Positions 12,824-25,122 of a stretch of 64,000 nt of DNA are shown one piece after another. Positions within the stretch are counted from its first letter, which is position 1. Each line of letters opens with the position of its first letter. The notes beneath the pieces were generated by a model. It did not search any database. It was given only the letters and a program-made list of their open reading frames with translations, and was not told where the DNA came from. Position numbers and translations under genes: made by a program. The DNA comes from Octopus vulgaris. Its lineage: Eukaryota. Location: assembly GCA_951406725.2 (NCBI GenBank), contig OX597821.1, positions 42,594,001 through 42,658,000 of the forward strand. The letters are read 5' to 3'.

Positions 12824-14629
12824 ATAACCAGGTGAGGAAAAAGTGATGAAAGATACACTTTGCATTATTATTAGATATCCAGAATTTTTTTTTTTTTTTT
12901 TTTCATGAATCAAAAGAAGAAACAAACTAATCTCTTCATGAATGACCAGAAATGGATATCTAGACAATCTAGTTTTGCCAGCATGTGAAATGCAGCAGTA
13001 AAATAGCTACTTCCTTCCTGCTTCTGTCATGTCCCTGTCTTAATGATTGCAAGACCAAAATTTCTCTTAGTGGACCCTACTATTGTATTCTGTAACTGAG
13101 TTTATTCAAGGGTTAACTGAGATTTTTCTGTCTTGTAGAACAGACATAATATAGCAAAGGTGCTGGTCCATTAACTGTAAACTCAAGTACTCAGAACTTG
13201 ATATTCTTCATACGCTTTCTCTTTCAAGTGCTACCAACCACTATGTTCTTAGTACACAGCATGACCACTAGTTTTCCTAGCCTGTACTATTTTATCACTG
13301 CTTTACATCACTTGCATTATGTGACCCTGTTTTAACTTATTTACATTGGTTTCATCTATGTTCAGTATTCACTTAATTTTCTTCCCACATCTGTTGATCC
13401 AAAATAATGAGTATAAAAATAAATTACATTTTAAAATTCTGATTTTGAGAATTTCTCTTTAGACTATTTAGGTGTAAGAAACTGTTTCAGAAAATACTAT
13501 ATTTGTAAAAATTTTTAATTAACCTAGATATTGATAGTTATAGGACCATATAATGATGGTTCTGTAACTAGATAAATTAGGGGAAATTTTGCAGTTTTGT
13601 GAGGTTGTTTTAGGTAATTTTTAGATGTGTATTATTTAAATGTAACTGGTTTTTTAGCTTACCTTAGTCATTAGAACTAAGACCATACTGAAACATTGAG
13701 TTCACTTAATTTATATCCTTCCTTGGAAGTTTTAATGCTTAACACCTTATAGATGTAAAGTTCACATGTATAACATGCTGTTACTCGTGCTATTGGAGTT
13801 TCTGTCTGCATGACTACAGTTTGTCATATTGATAACCAAAGTGAAAATTTGCTGTGTGGGTTTCTGGTTTTGAGCTGGTATGACTAGAAAAACTACTATG
13901 CCATCAATTTCATCTTGCATTATTTTGCCCAAGTTAATTTCTGTAATTTGTCAATAACTGCTTTTTCATTTCTACATAACAGAACACAACTAAACAATGT
14001 CTAATTTTATGTAGTTCCTAAATATTATTAGTATTAATAAACATTTGCTTTTAATAAACAATGAGCACATTGTCTAGTTAATTAACTTAAAATATTTGCT
14101 GGCTAATTAAACTGCTTGTTAGTTGCTATCTTTGTGCTTTGCAATATTTATTTAGAATCATCAAACCTGACTTTATGTAGTGTAAACTGTACATAGAAAT
14201 GTCCAAGGTACCTTATTTTAAAATAGTACTCTTAAAGAAATATTTTCAATCAACTTTTAATTTAAAAAATAACTAGATTTTTTTTAACCTTGCAGGAAGA
14301 GGATGGGGAGAAAAGCCTCATACAACATAAGGAACCTGTACGTCTGAATGCTTGTCCAGCCCATGACTGTCCATCCTCTTCTGTGGGCAATGATGGCTTT
14401 GAAATTGCTTTCTCTCCCATATTTGCACTTCGTGTTTTAGTCACATTTGGTGGTGCTTGTAATATGTAAGCTGCTTTGTATTTGCTCACAGACACTTCCC
14501 TGGCTCATTGCACTGCAAGATACTAGACATTTCACTCTGACACAGTTCCTATGAATTAGAAGTCATATGGTATTATCAAAATGCAGGATATATTTTGATT
14601 TCATTTCTTTGTGGCATATATATTAAACT

Positions 14630-14945
14630 GTCTGGCCTCCGTGTTGGTGGTACGTAAAAGCACCATCCGTTTGTGTCCGTTGCCAGCCTCGCCTGGCCCC
14701 CATGCCGGTGACACGTAAAAGCACCATCCGTTCGTGGCCGTTTGCCAGCTCTGTCTGGCACCTGTGCGGGTGGCACGTAAAAAAGCACCCACTACACTCA
14801 CGGAGTGGTTGGCGTTAGGAAGGGCATCCAGCCGTAGAAACACTGCCAGATCTGACTGGGCCTGATGAAACCTTCCAGCTTCACAGACCCCAGTTGAACC
14901 GTCCAACCCATGCTAGCATGGAAAACGGACGCTAAATGATGATGT
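14630..14945 (+). mobile_element. SINE family C with internal tandem units and (GAT)n tail
   Basis: Repeated AAAAGCACCATCCGTT..GCCGTTGCCAGC units, then GGAGTGGTTGGCGTTAGGAAGGGCATCCAGC..CCAACCCATGCTAGCATGGAAAACGGACGCTAAATGATGATG. Confidence 0.85.
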
Positions 14946-16425
14946 GATTACTGTGGTATACCATAAATACTGTTGCTGTGTGCTAACAGCAACAATGGCC
15001 ATTTAATAATATATTTATAGTATGCAAAATGGGAAATAAAACTTAGGTTATAAAAGAGCTAACAGTGAAATTGCTGTTAGTTTGATCTACTAGATTCCAA
15101 TCTGTTCATAGATTTAGACAGATTGCTGTAGTTCGTATTTTTCTTCAGGTAATTAGTCTTTCGTTTCTTAGCCACATTAAGCTCAAATTACTATTTTCTG
15201 TTAATCTGTAGACGGTTTCATTGCAAATCTGATCCTTAATGGGTAAATTATTTTCAACGTTTTGTGATTTAGTTTAGCATGCATAAGACAGCTGTTCTTG
15301 TTTTAGTGTTTGGTTCAATATTTCATTGTTACTTTTTCATAGATCATGAATGCCAATTGTGTATTCCTGTACAATTATACTTATGTAAGATGAATTCTAT
15401 TTTAAATCAGCCTCAAGGTGAATATTAGATAAAAGCCAATGGTTATCCTTAAAATTGAAGCTTCATCACACCCACTCAACCTTTTGCCAGTCACTATACT
15501 TGATGCAGGTTTCATCTTTTAAATCTTGTAGTTTGATTATCATGTGTTCACTTTCATTTCTGTACAATGCACAATTTTTTTCCCTGTAAACTTTGTATTC
15601 CTAAGTTTTAGAAAGGACAAGACTGCCCATTTCTTTTACAGATCTTCTATAGTTGAGCAGATATTTGGTTTGGACTTCTGCGGGTCAGTGTTGAGAGGTA
15701 GATTTGAACAGTCAGATAGATGCAATTCAGAGGGGGGGGGGAGATTCAAAAGGGACACTGTGCGCAGGTTGGTAGGTGAAGGAGAATGGCAGGAAATACA
15801 GCAGTGGTGAGCATGGAAATAAAGGATGTGCCTTTATGTCCTGGAATTTACTTAGGCAAGTTTTCTCAAGCACAGCAAATTGCCAATTGTTCTTGTCCTG
15901 TCATCTCTTGTGAAGCTTATATATAAATAGGTGTATGTATTTTAGCAGAAAGCTGAAAATTTAATGAAGAATGGGATAAGTTTGAGTCTGATAGTTTAGG
16001 ATCCAGGTTTATTAAACAATGTTTTATTTTGAGTTTTTAAAATAGCCACTGTATAATTGAATTCAATGCCATATACTTTTCCCATATGCCATTAATGACT
16101 CTGGTTTTCATTTTAATGGTTCTTGACTCTTAAGTTTAATGGTTGTGATCAGAACTGGTTACTTTGTTTAATATTTTTTTTAAATTTAAATGTCAATCTG
16201 ATAAACACTTTTTCTAAGGAATTTGTGCTCCCCAATACATTGATTAAAAATTTAGATATGCAATGTGGGGGGTAAGGTTTAATTTTCAGTAGTTGCAACA
16301 ATATTTCTAGATGTTGGCCTTAAACCTCCTCAGCTAAAGTTTTGCATATAAATGCGAAATTTTTCTAATAACTTCCTTATACTAAATTAGACGTGTTTTT
16401 TTTTTTGTTTTTATAATTTTACAAT

Positions 16426-16745
16426 GCAGGCATGGCTATATGCTAAGTAGTTTGCTTCCCAACCACATGGTTCTGAGTTCAGTCCCACTGTGTGGCACCT
16501 GTGGCAAATATCTTCTATAGCCTCGGGCCAACTATAAAGCCTTGAGTGGATTTGATAGACGGAAACTGAAAGCCTGCCGTGTGTGTGTGTGTATGTTTTT
16601 GTCCCCCTCACCATTGCTTGACAAATGATGTTTGTGCTTACATCCCTGTAACATAGCAATTTGGCAAGAGACTGATATAAGTCCTGAGGTCAATTTCTTC
16701 AACTAAAAGGCAGTGCTCCAGTATGGCTGCAGTCAAATGATAAAT
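16426..16745 (+). mobile_element. tRNA-derived SINE family A, decayed
   Basis: Matches the 27572..27965 consensus (CCACATGGTTCTGAGTTCAGTCCCACTG..GGAAACTGAAAG..GCAGTCAAATGA). Confidence 0.8.
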
Positions 16746-16883
16746 TAAAAAAAATTTTATTAATGTTTCAGAGGTGATGTGGGTGCATTGAAATCTTTAC
16801 TTTTACTTTTCTATCATATGGTTCTTCAGTGCCATCTTATTTGGTTCCTTGTCATTATAAAGTGTTTTTTTTTTCTCTTTCAG

Positions 16884-16966
16884 TGTGTCCAGTTGGGTGG
16901 AAGCCTGGAAGTAACACCATGAAACCCGACCCTAAAGGCAGCAAGGAATATTTCAAGCAAATGTGA
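16884..16966 (+). CDS. PRDX1/2: Peroxiredoxin last coding exon (resolving Cys VCP, YF motif, stop)
   Basis: tttctctttcag|TG TGT CCA: [27 protein letters not shown]; joined CDS is 582 nt = 193 aa + stop. Confidence 0.96.
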
Positions 16967-17321
16967 ACAAAGAACTTCTTTTGGCTCTTTGTCTCCCACC
17001 TAGACATCTACTGCAACTCCTGTGATTTGCAGTTGGGGTTTGAGGTCATTTCAAATATTACTTTGACTGGGTAGTGTTTTGAAATTTACAAACAGAAAAA
17101 TCATGAAAATATTTAAATATTAATGGATCCCAAATATGACGTTAATATATATTCTCTATTTTTGTCTCAAGACAAATGTTCACTTATACCTACTTTAGTA
17201 GACAATCCAGTTTGTCACATACATGCACTTGGCAGTTTACTGCTGGTTTCATCAAACATGTTCCACCCTCTCACCTTTGTTAGAAATGGTCATATCTATT
17301 TTGTATGCAATTTGCATTAAA

Positions 17322-17327
17322 AATAAA
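17322..17327 (+). terminator. Candidate poly(A) signal of peroxiredoxin
   Basis: AATAAA about 355 nt after the stop, followed by T-rich sequence. Confidence 0.5.
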
Positions 17328-17957
17328 ATTGAAAAACTAACGCTGAATTTATTTGCTCTTTGTTTTAATTTAACTGAATGTAATATATATATATAATATA
17401 CACACACACACACACACACATGAATACATACATATATAGGCACACATTCATACATGGACATATGTACATGTTTGTACTTAAATACCTGTACTCTACTGTA
17501 TACTGGGTGTTTTTTTTTTCTTCATGGCAACCAACATGAGTGAGGTCTTGTAACTTGCTTTATAGGTGTTGCAGGGTTAAAAAGTATGGTACCAAAAGAG
17601 ATTTGTGGTATGTCCTGCATTATAATATGGATTGTTGGGAGTTAATGGGATGGAGCTAGGAAACAGATTAATACACACTCATTTATGCATATTTTTGGGT
17701 CTGCAATGGTGAGAAAGAATTACCAAACGGATAGTTCTGAAGACTTACATGCAAATCTATAAGACCCGATAAATCTTTTAGATTTCTATGTAACCATTCA
17801 GATAGCAAAGAATATGCACATATATTGAGTACTTTTGCATGTTTGTGTGAGGTTGGTGGGGTGCATATGGAGGGATGATCTTCGTGTTTCATTTGATCAC
17901 AATGTGGAAACAGGGGGTGTATAGACACTTGAGATTGTCTAGGTTAAAAAAATAATA

Positions 17958-18245
17958 CAGCACCATCCGTTCGTGGCCGTTGCCAGCCTCGCCTGGCCCC
18001 CGTGCCGGTGACATGTAAAAAGCACAATTCGTCCGTGGCCATTTGCCAGCTCCGTCTGGCACCTGTGCAGGTGGCGCGTAAAAAGCACTCACTACACTCA
18101 CGGAGTGGTTGGAGTTACGAAGGGCATCCATTCGTAGAAACACTGCCAGATCAGACTGGGCCTGATGCAGCCTTCTGGCTTCACAGACCCCAGTTGAACC
18201 GTCCAACCCATGCTAGCATGGAGAACGGACGCTAAATGATGATGA
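17958..18245 (+). mobile_element. SINE family C copy
   Basis: Closely matches 14660..14945, ends ACGGACGCTAAATGATGATG. Confidence 0.85.
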
Positions 18246-19318
18246 CTTGTCTAAATAGTGGCAATAAGTATAAAATTTCAGATAACCATTCCAACAGGTT
18301 TCAAAGATATCAAAGCATTGTTTTTCTGTGTTAGTTTATCCATAAAATGTGAAAAATCTAGACTTTTCACTTTTAAATTGAAGTTTCCAGTTTTAGTCTT
18401 TCAACAAACTCTGAAACAAGTCTCTCTGGTATAATCACAGCATGAAAGGCTGGGTCAAAAGCTGTATATTCACTTCTTTACGTGGCAGATATATGCAATT
18501 TAAACGTTATATGTACAGGATTTTTTTCTTTGTTTATGGGGGAAATGGAAACATAAAAGTAAATATTTATTTTATGAGTGCTGTGTATTAAATCTATAAA
18601 ATTGTGCATTAAGTAATCATCATATTCTAATTCCTTTCACATTTCAATGAGTAGCAGATGGGCAACTGTCTTTCCATACAGATACAATACAGGCTACTCT
18701 TTCAGGGTTTTTTTGGGATAAAGCTTTCAGAAATAACCCAATAGGTTTACCATTCCTTGAAATATTCATAGGTTCCACTAATAAATATAAATTCTTTCAA
18801 TTATACATATACTCATTGTTGTATTTTTAAGTTTCCTGCACCAAAGTTACTCAAATTGAAAGATGCAAGGCAGTGATAAAGTTGGACACCGGGCTTGAGT
18901 GCTTGCAACAGAAGGAGCTATTAAGTCAGGTAGTGATGTTAATCCATGCCTTCTTGACACTATAGAAGACACTTGCCCAAGGGGGAATTGAACTTCAATC
19001 CACATAGTTATGAAGTGAGCTTCTTAACCACACAGCCATCTTTGACATACTTCTGCTAAAAGTACAGGTTATTGGCCATTTGCTATAAAAGAAGTAGACT
19101 ATAATGATGTAACTTTTCAGTCAATACACTTGTCTGTATATGTGATGATGATAGTAAGTAGACAGGATGCATCATTTAGAAATGAAACATCTGTGGAGTT
19201 TGTGTTAAACCATAGACACTTCAGAAAAAAGAGAGAAAAATGAAACACAACGAAAGAATTTAAAATGTTTAAATAAATAAATTTTTGATTAATTAAAGTT
19301 TTCCTGAGTGAGTTTAAA

Positions 19319-19534
19319 TTAATTGAAATTGTCTAAAGACGTTTGTTCAGTTGGGTGGAAGATCTTTAAACGGTTGTAAAAATTTAAGACATCAGGATCA
19401 GCACGAACACATGAATGATCAAAGTCAAGAACTCGTAAACCTTTCAATGATTTAGCTCGAGACAGGGCAACGTATGCTTGACCAGCTTCAAAGACCCGCG
19501 ACAAAGAAATTTCCACAAAATCAAGTGTCATACC
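19319..19534 (-). CDS. PIF1: PIF1 helicase coding exon 11 (motifs V/VI, stop)
   Basis: [42 protein letters not shown]; minus-strand acceptor at 19535. Confidence 0.96.
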   Translation of the reverse strand, partial: GMTLDFVEISLSRVFEAGQAYVALSRAKSLKGLRVLDFDHSCVRADPDVLNFYNRLKIFHPTEQTSLDNFN

Positions 19535-19869
19535 CTGAAAGAAAAAGGATTATGGTTATAATAGTAATTGTTTTAAATTTTGTAGTAGGGGGAATAGTTG
19601 ATTACATCAACCATCCCACCAGTGATTAATTGATACTTATTTTATTGACCCCTGAAAGGATAAAAGGCAAAGTTGACTTGGGCAGAATTTGAACTTAGAA
19701 CATAAGGATAAAAAATACAAGCATTTTGCCCAGTGTGTTAATCTTGCTTAGCTCGCTGCCTAAATAATAATGGTTTCTAATTTAGGTATAAGGCCAGTAT
19801 TTTTGAGGGGCAGGGTTAAATTGATACAGCAATAGTACTTGACTGGTTCTTTATTTTATGGCCCGTGAG

Positions 19870-20180
19870 ATGTAGGCCTTGAACGAAGCGAAGGCTGCAG
19901 AAGAAGAACAAAGCTGGTAATGTCTGCTGGATGTGCATGTGCGACAGTCTTGGTGTATTAAGAAAGAAGTTGGGTATAAGAGGAATTATATGCAGTGTGC
20001 TCACATAATGTAAATGGGTGAGGACATTTGCATAAATTGCCAATCACTAAGAGACCTATGAAGACATCAGATGAAGTATTGAAGGCAAATCTCAAAATGC
20101 TGAGCCTTACGAAGGAGAAGACAGGACCAACATATGTGACACATTGCTCTACAAAAGAAAACCCGCCCATCACAACAGAA
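19870..20180 (+). mobile_element. Decayed RTE-type LINE 3' fragment
   Basis: Broken frames LRKKLGIRGIICSV and RPMKTSDEVLKANLKMLSLTKEKT resemble RTE C-terminal GRPRKTW..V..DL. Confidence 0.55.
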
Positions 20181-21845
20181 TTGATATCCTAAAACCAAGC
20201 TGCCATATAAAAAGCACTCAGTATGCTCTGTAAAATGATTGGTATTAAGGACATCCAGCTGTAAAGACCAAGCCTAAACAGACCATAAAACCTGGTGTGG
20301 CCCTTGCCAATTCCTGTTAAGCTATCCAACACATGCCAGCATGGGAAACAGACATTAAATGTTGATGATGTTGATAGAGAAATGAAAAGCAAAGCTAACT
20401 TCAGCAGGATTTGAATACAGAATGTGAAGAGCCTTCTGTTTTAACATTGGTTATTGTAGAACTACAATAGCTAATGTTAACACAGTATGGTGTGAGGGTG
20501 ATTTGAGGAATTTTGGTTGTTATTTCTGGTAGATTGAGTAACTGCATAAGGGCTCCCATAGTCAACAGTTTCGATGCTTTCCTTGGGAGCCAAGGACTTG
20601 AAAGCTTTTCTTGCTCAGAATAGTAGTTGCCAAATGCTGTTCAGAGCTGCCTTTTACTACAAATATCTGTGCACTTTTCTGAGATTTGAATAGGTGTATA
20701 CCCACATATACACTGTGGGTCAGGCTGTTAGTTCATCAGGAACTCCTTATTTTGCCCATAGCTGATGTTCATATCTAGAAATATTTCTCCTTCATTTAAC
20801 AGATAATCAACTAAGTGAAACAACTCTGTTGATTGGTATTGAACTATCAACTCTTTTTACATTCAGATCCACTTTTGGTGGTTCATTGTATAATTTGGAC
20901 ATAAGTTCACATTTGGCAAATTGGCAGAGTTGTTAGAGCACTGGAGTATTTATTTCAACTTCTGTTGTGAGGTCAACTTTGTCTTTGATTTTTCTCTGAG
21001 TTGATAAATAACTTACTAGGTTATAGTGGTGAGCAAGAGGTTAGTGTTAAATGGGATGCCTTGGGGTATTTGATCCAAGTTCAAATCCCATTGTGGCCTA
21101 TATTGGGTGGTTGATTTAACACCACTACTTGACCACCTGGTTCTTGAGGGTTTTTAGTGGATCCCACACTAAAGACATTCAGGGACCAGATGGCTATGTT
21201 TTGGGGAAGCAGGACAATATTTATGCGTCTGTGTATATAGTGACTATTAAGATCCCTAAAAGTTAACTCTTTTGATACCAACCTACCCAAGACTCTCTGG
21301 TTCTATAATAAAAACTTGTTTTTTTAAGTGATCTAAATTAAAATCTGTCAAACTCTCATGTCAATATATTCTATAAAGATCAACTCAATAAGGAAAAAGT
21401 TATTTTACGAAATTCATTATTATTTTCAAAACTAATTGAAACAAAGGCAATATATTTTAGTAGAAATATAAGAAAAGAAGTTAAATAAAAATTCTGTTGC
21501 AAGCAAAATAATATAGGCCAGGCTACTGGTTTGAGGTTACCTTCCTCTTTGTCCCTGACACTAGCCTCAGAAACCCTTAAGGATTAGAGGGACTGCCCTC
21601 TTCCTGATTAAACTATAAAGAAAAAAAAAAAGGTAAAAAAAAACTATACAGCAAGGTATGAAACTTTGGTTGTTCTTGTATTACTGGCTGATAAAAATCA
21701 GGTTCGACACAACTTCATACCTGAGGGATTATCAAGAAGGGTAATAAGAACAAAATTTTGAAACCAAACTCACACCACCCATAATACAATAATGGAAAAT
21801 ATGTGGAAAAAAAAAATGAGTATCAGCAAAAAATAAGTTACAAAC

Positions 21846-21988
21846 CTGACTTTTATGTATAGAAATAGCCCAGGCTAGTTTTAGAGGTAGTTGCTTCCAT
21901 ACAGTCACTACTGAACTGGACTTGATAACCCATCGTAATGGTCTAATACATTCCACTGTTCCAGACAGGAATTTTACATGGGGCCATC
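21846..21988 (-). CDS. PIF1: PIF1 coding exon 10
   Basis: GWPHVKFLSGTVECIRPLRWVIKSSSVVTVWKQLPLKLAWAISIHKSQ; AG/GT boundaries, phase 1 to 0. Confidence 0.95.
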
Positions 21989-22308
21989 CTGTGGAATATG
22001 GAAAGAAATCATGAGAGAAAGACAAGTGCTGAAAAGAGTAACAATTATATTACAAACATCTCCAGTATTAATTAGGGCACCTTCCTCTAGCAAGGATCTT
22101 ACATTAAATATTTTGTGGTCACCTTACTGGTGACAAGTACTCAGTATTTATTAAGATCTTGCATGATAATGGGATTTTGTGCTCTTTAGCTTCAAATATA
22201 GCTGTATAGTTTAGAAGTTTACTTCCAAGACTACTGTATGGTACCTTGGGCAAGAGTCTTCTACTATAGCCCCAGTCCAACACAGAAAGTTCTTTGCATA
22301 TACATACA

Positions 22309-22832
22309 CTAGCAGCATAGCCCTGCGTTGCCCGGGTATGTAAGAGCCCCTAGTAGGTAATGACTAATCCCAATCTAGTCCTTTCCCTCTGGGGAACGAA
22401 GGCGCATGTGTAGGTTGCAATGTCTTTTCTTCACTCGAATACTTCTGTGTATACGATGTTCCTAGCTGTCCCTTTGGGCGAAAACATGAAAACATCATTG
22501 CGCCTCCCAACGCGTGAACAGACTACATAGAGTTGACCGTGGGCGAAGCACTGTTCGCCCAAATGTAACCCAGTGACTTGTAGCGTTTGGCCTTGGATCA
22601 ACAGAAAATGTGTTACATATAAAAAGCTTAGATTCTCGACCCCATGTCGAATTTATCGATTTTTTCAGAACTGGGGGAACTTTTCAAAAATTTTGTTGCG
22701 TTAGTTTTGAATTATGACATTGGGCTATGTGTGTGTCAAGTTTCATCAGAATCGGTTGAAAGCCGTGGTCAGGGTGAGGGTACAACCTGACAGACACACA
22801 GACAGACAAACTGCCGTTTATATATAGAGAGA
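22309..22832 (-). mobile_element. Non-autonomous Helitron
   Basis: Minus strand starts TC(TCTCTATATATAAACGGCAG..TGTCTGTCTG) and ends with GC-rich hairpin CCCGGGCAACGCAGGG then GCTGCTAG; sits between host A and T with no TSD. Confidence 0.8.
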
Positions 22833-23404
22833 TGTGTGTGTGTGTATGCATGTGCATGTATGTGTCTTTCTGTTTACATTTACACTTCTGAGCTACAAGT
22901 GGTGATATTGTTGTCATTCCCTGTGTAACATATCGTCTGCAGGCTTTGTACCTTTGGAATAAGAGATACCCTATTTGAAAACAGGTAAGGGTTAGTGACC
23001 GGAAGGGTATCCAGCTGTAAAACACTACTTCAATAATATATTCATCTGATCCTCAATAGCACAGAAAAAGAGACATAGGGCATAAAAATGAATGAATAGA
23101 TGAAATGTTAATTAGTATTTCAGTCTTTTCAATGTGATCTTCAGGCCTTTGGATTAAAGATCATCCTTTCAAATTATGAAACTTTAACTGCTGCACTTTT
23201 GCATGTTCTGTAATAAAGAATCTGCTCTTCCAATTTATTCCAGTTGCTCTGTATCTTGTTTCTCATCTGGATTGAGCAAAATACTTTCACTCTAGTTGAA
23301 GCAATTGTTTTTACAACTAGAAATGCTTCTTAAATCTTCATTTTGTGACCAAACCCCTAATGGGCAAAGAATCAAACCTACCAGAGTGATATTCAAATAG
23401 TTAC

Positions 23405-23492
23405 CTTCACTTCCTTTATCAAAGCTACACACTACACCTCTTGCACCATTCACAAGACCTCGTTGGAGATCCAAGTTCTTCGTCAACATCAC
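23405..23492 (-). CDS. PIF1: PIF1 coding exon 9 (Pif1 signature VMLTKNL..GLVNG)
   Basis: VMLTKNLDLQRGLVNGARGVVCSFDKGSE(G); phase 0 to 1. Confidence 0.95.
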
Positions 23493-24779
23493 CTAATAAA
23501 ACATGCAAAAAACTATTGAACAAAATATCGATTCAATATATTAACTAATAATACACACATCCATATAATATATACATACATAATATGGAACACCTTAGGA
23601 AAGTGTTTTTTTACTACAGTCCAAAGCTGTGTGAGTAGATACTCTTAACATTAACCTCTTTACAGAATGTACACTCAAGCAAGACAAGCCCCCTTCAAGT
23701 GAGTGGAAGTGGCTTTATGTCAGATGTTAAAAAGTTGAATCACGAAAGAAGGGGTAGGAACAGGTTTCATACTGGTTACCTCACATGGTTACCTCACATT
23801 ATATAAGGGCAGTTGGAAGTAGCTGAGAAATAAAGACAGTGATGATGAGGTGTTAGGGCATACTTTCAAGGTACAAGATGGTGAGAATACAAAGAATTAG
23901 GAAGGGTGGGTGAGTATGTTCATAAGGATGCGAAAGAAGAATGGCAAATGGCTAGACAGAGATGGAGTGTAATGTAGTGAATGATGAACAACAGTGGAGG
24001 TATGGTCAATGGTAAATATCAGTTTAGGGAAGGAGAAAGAAATAGGAATGGCTCAGACAGGTGGTAGGTGGTAATTGGCAATGTATATATGTATGTATGT
24101 ATGTATGCATGCGTGTGTGTGCGTTTGTCTTCTTGCCCTGACATCAGGCAATAATTGTAAATGATTCTTCCCTGTTATAGAAGCAGTGTCGTTCATTTCC
24201 AATTTTCCCTGAAAACGTGTTTGACCACAGGGAAATATTAGCTTGCTTGGAAACAGGTAAGAGTTAATGACAGGAGCACCCAGTCATAAAAATATTTGCT
24301 CCAATGAATTTCATCAGATTTATGCAAGCATAGGTAAGTGATCATTAAAATGATGAAGAGATGAATTCTTCACAAAAGTCCTTTTTTCATCATAAAACCT
24401 CTTAATACCAACCATTCAAGCTTGAATGAGAATGATCTACAGCTTGGTGGCAGATGAAGGTATTCTAAGTGACCATTCGACCTACTGAAAATAACAGCAA
24501 ATTCACTTGCCATACACATCTTACCATCAAAAAAATATACATTGGAGAAGAAATTCCAGAATACACTACCCTGAAAATAGATAGGATGGTCGTAGTTTTG
24601 ATAATAGGTTTGCTCAACCATAGTAAGAGAGGTGCAAACAGTGAGGAAGAAATATAATGCATGGCCTACTTTTTCAGTGTTTCCATGACTAGTAGAAGAA
24701 AGGGAGGAAGTTATCTGTGGACTGAAGATCTGGCCTCAATTCTTGCATTCAAGGACCTCATCTGGAACTGAACAACACA

Positions 24780-25010
24780 GTTGGTTATGTTCAGCTAGGC
24801 TGGCCTTGGGCTAAACAACGACAACAGTCTTGGGTTTGGTCAGTCAAACTGACCTAGAGCTAAATATCAACAAGATCAGCCATGCTCAGTTAGTGTTAAC
24901 CTTGGGTTAAACAACAACAGCCTTAAGTATGTTAGGTCAGACTGACCTAGGGCTAAATAATAACATCCTTAGGGTTGCTCAGTCAGAGTTGACCTGGGGT
25001 TAAACACCAC
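24780..25010. repeat. About 5 degenerate ~50-bp tandem units (..CAGACTGACCTRGGGYTAAACAAC)
   Basis: GACCT(A/G)G(A/G)G(C/T)TAAA recurs about every 50 bp; the same motif ends the dispersed repeat at 30400..30600. Confidence 0.7.
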
Positions 25011-25021
25011 CATAATCTTAC

Positions 25022-25122
25022 CTGTGTTCCAATTTTAAGCTTCAGTTTTGGCTCCACTGGACAGTGGTCACCTTCAGATACATATTCACTGTTACACGTT
25101 GCTGTAAACACCCGGCAATCTC
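25022..25122 (-). CDS. PIF1: PIF1 coding exon 8
   Basis: GDCRVFTATCNSEYVSEGDHCPVEPKLKLKIGTQ; tttcag acceptor, gtaag donor; the LKIGTQ-VML junction matches PIF1 LKxGAQVML. Confidence 0.92.

Noticed and set aside
14576-14906. ORF-track proteins such as MDGSTGVCEA.. (also 17889..18206) and the many ..HAVGLNPEPCGW.. ORFs
   Set aside because: They are translations of SINE families C and A that recur across the window, not genes
15690-15860. Purine-rich ORF 15544..15810 as a gene
   Set aside because: No recognisable domain; the minus strand looks like a decayed Penelope-like fragment but is too eroded to call
16964-17035. Prx TGA followed by hairpins (ACAAAGA/TCTTTGT; ACTGCAA/TTGCAGT) as a readthrough or selenocysteine signal
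   Set aside because: The protein already ends at the normal Prx length; there is no TGA-CTAG context, no recognisable SECIS, and the stems are short
24780-25010. CRISPR-like repeat-spacer pattern (also 2366-2469 and 57510-57792)
   Set aside because: Eukaryotic intron; units are degenerate tandem copies without unique spacers and there are no cas genes
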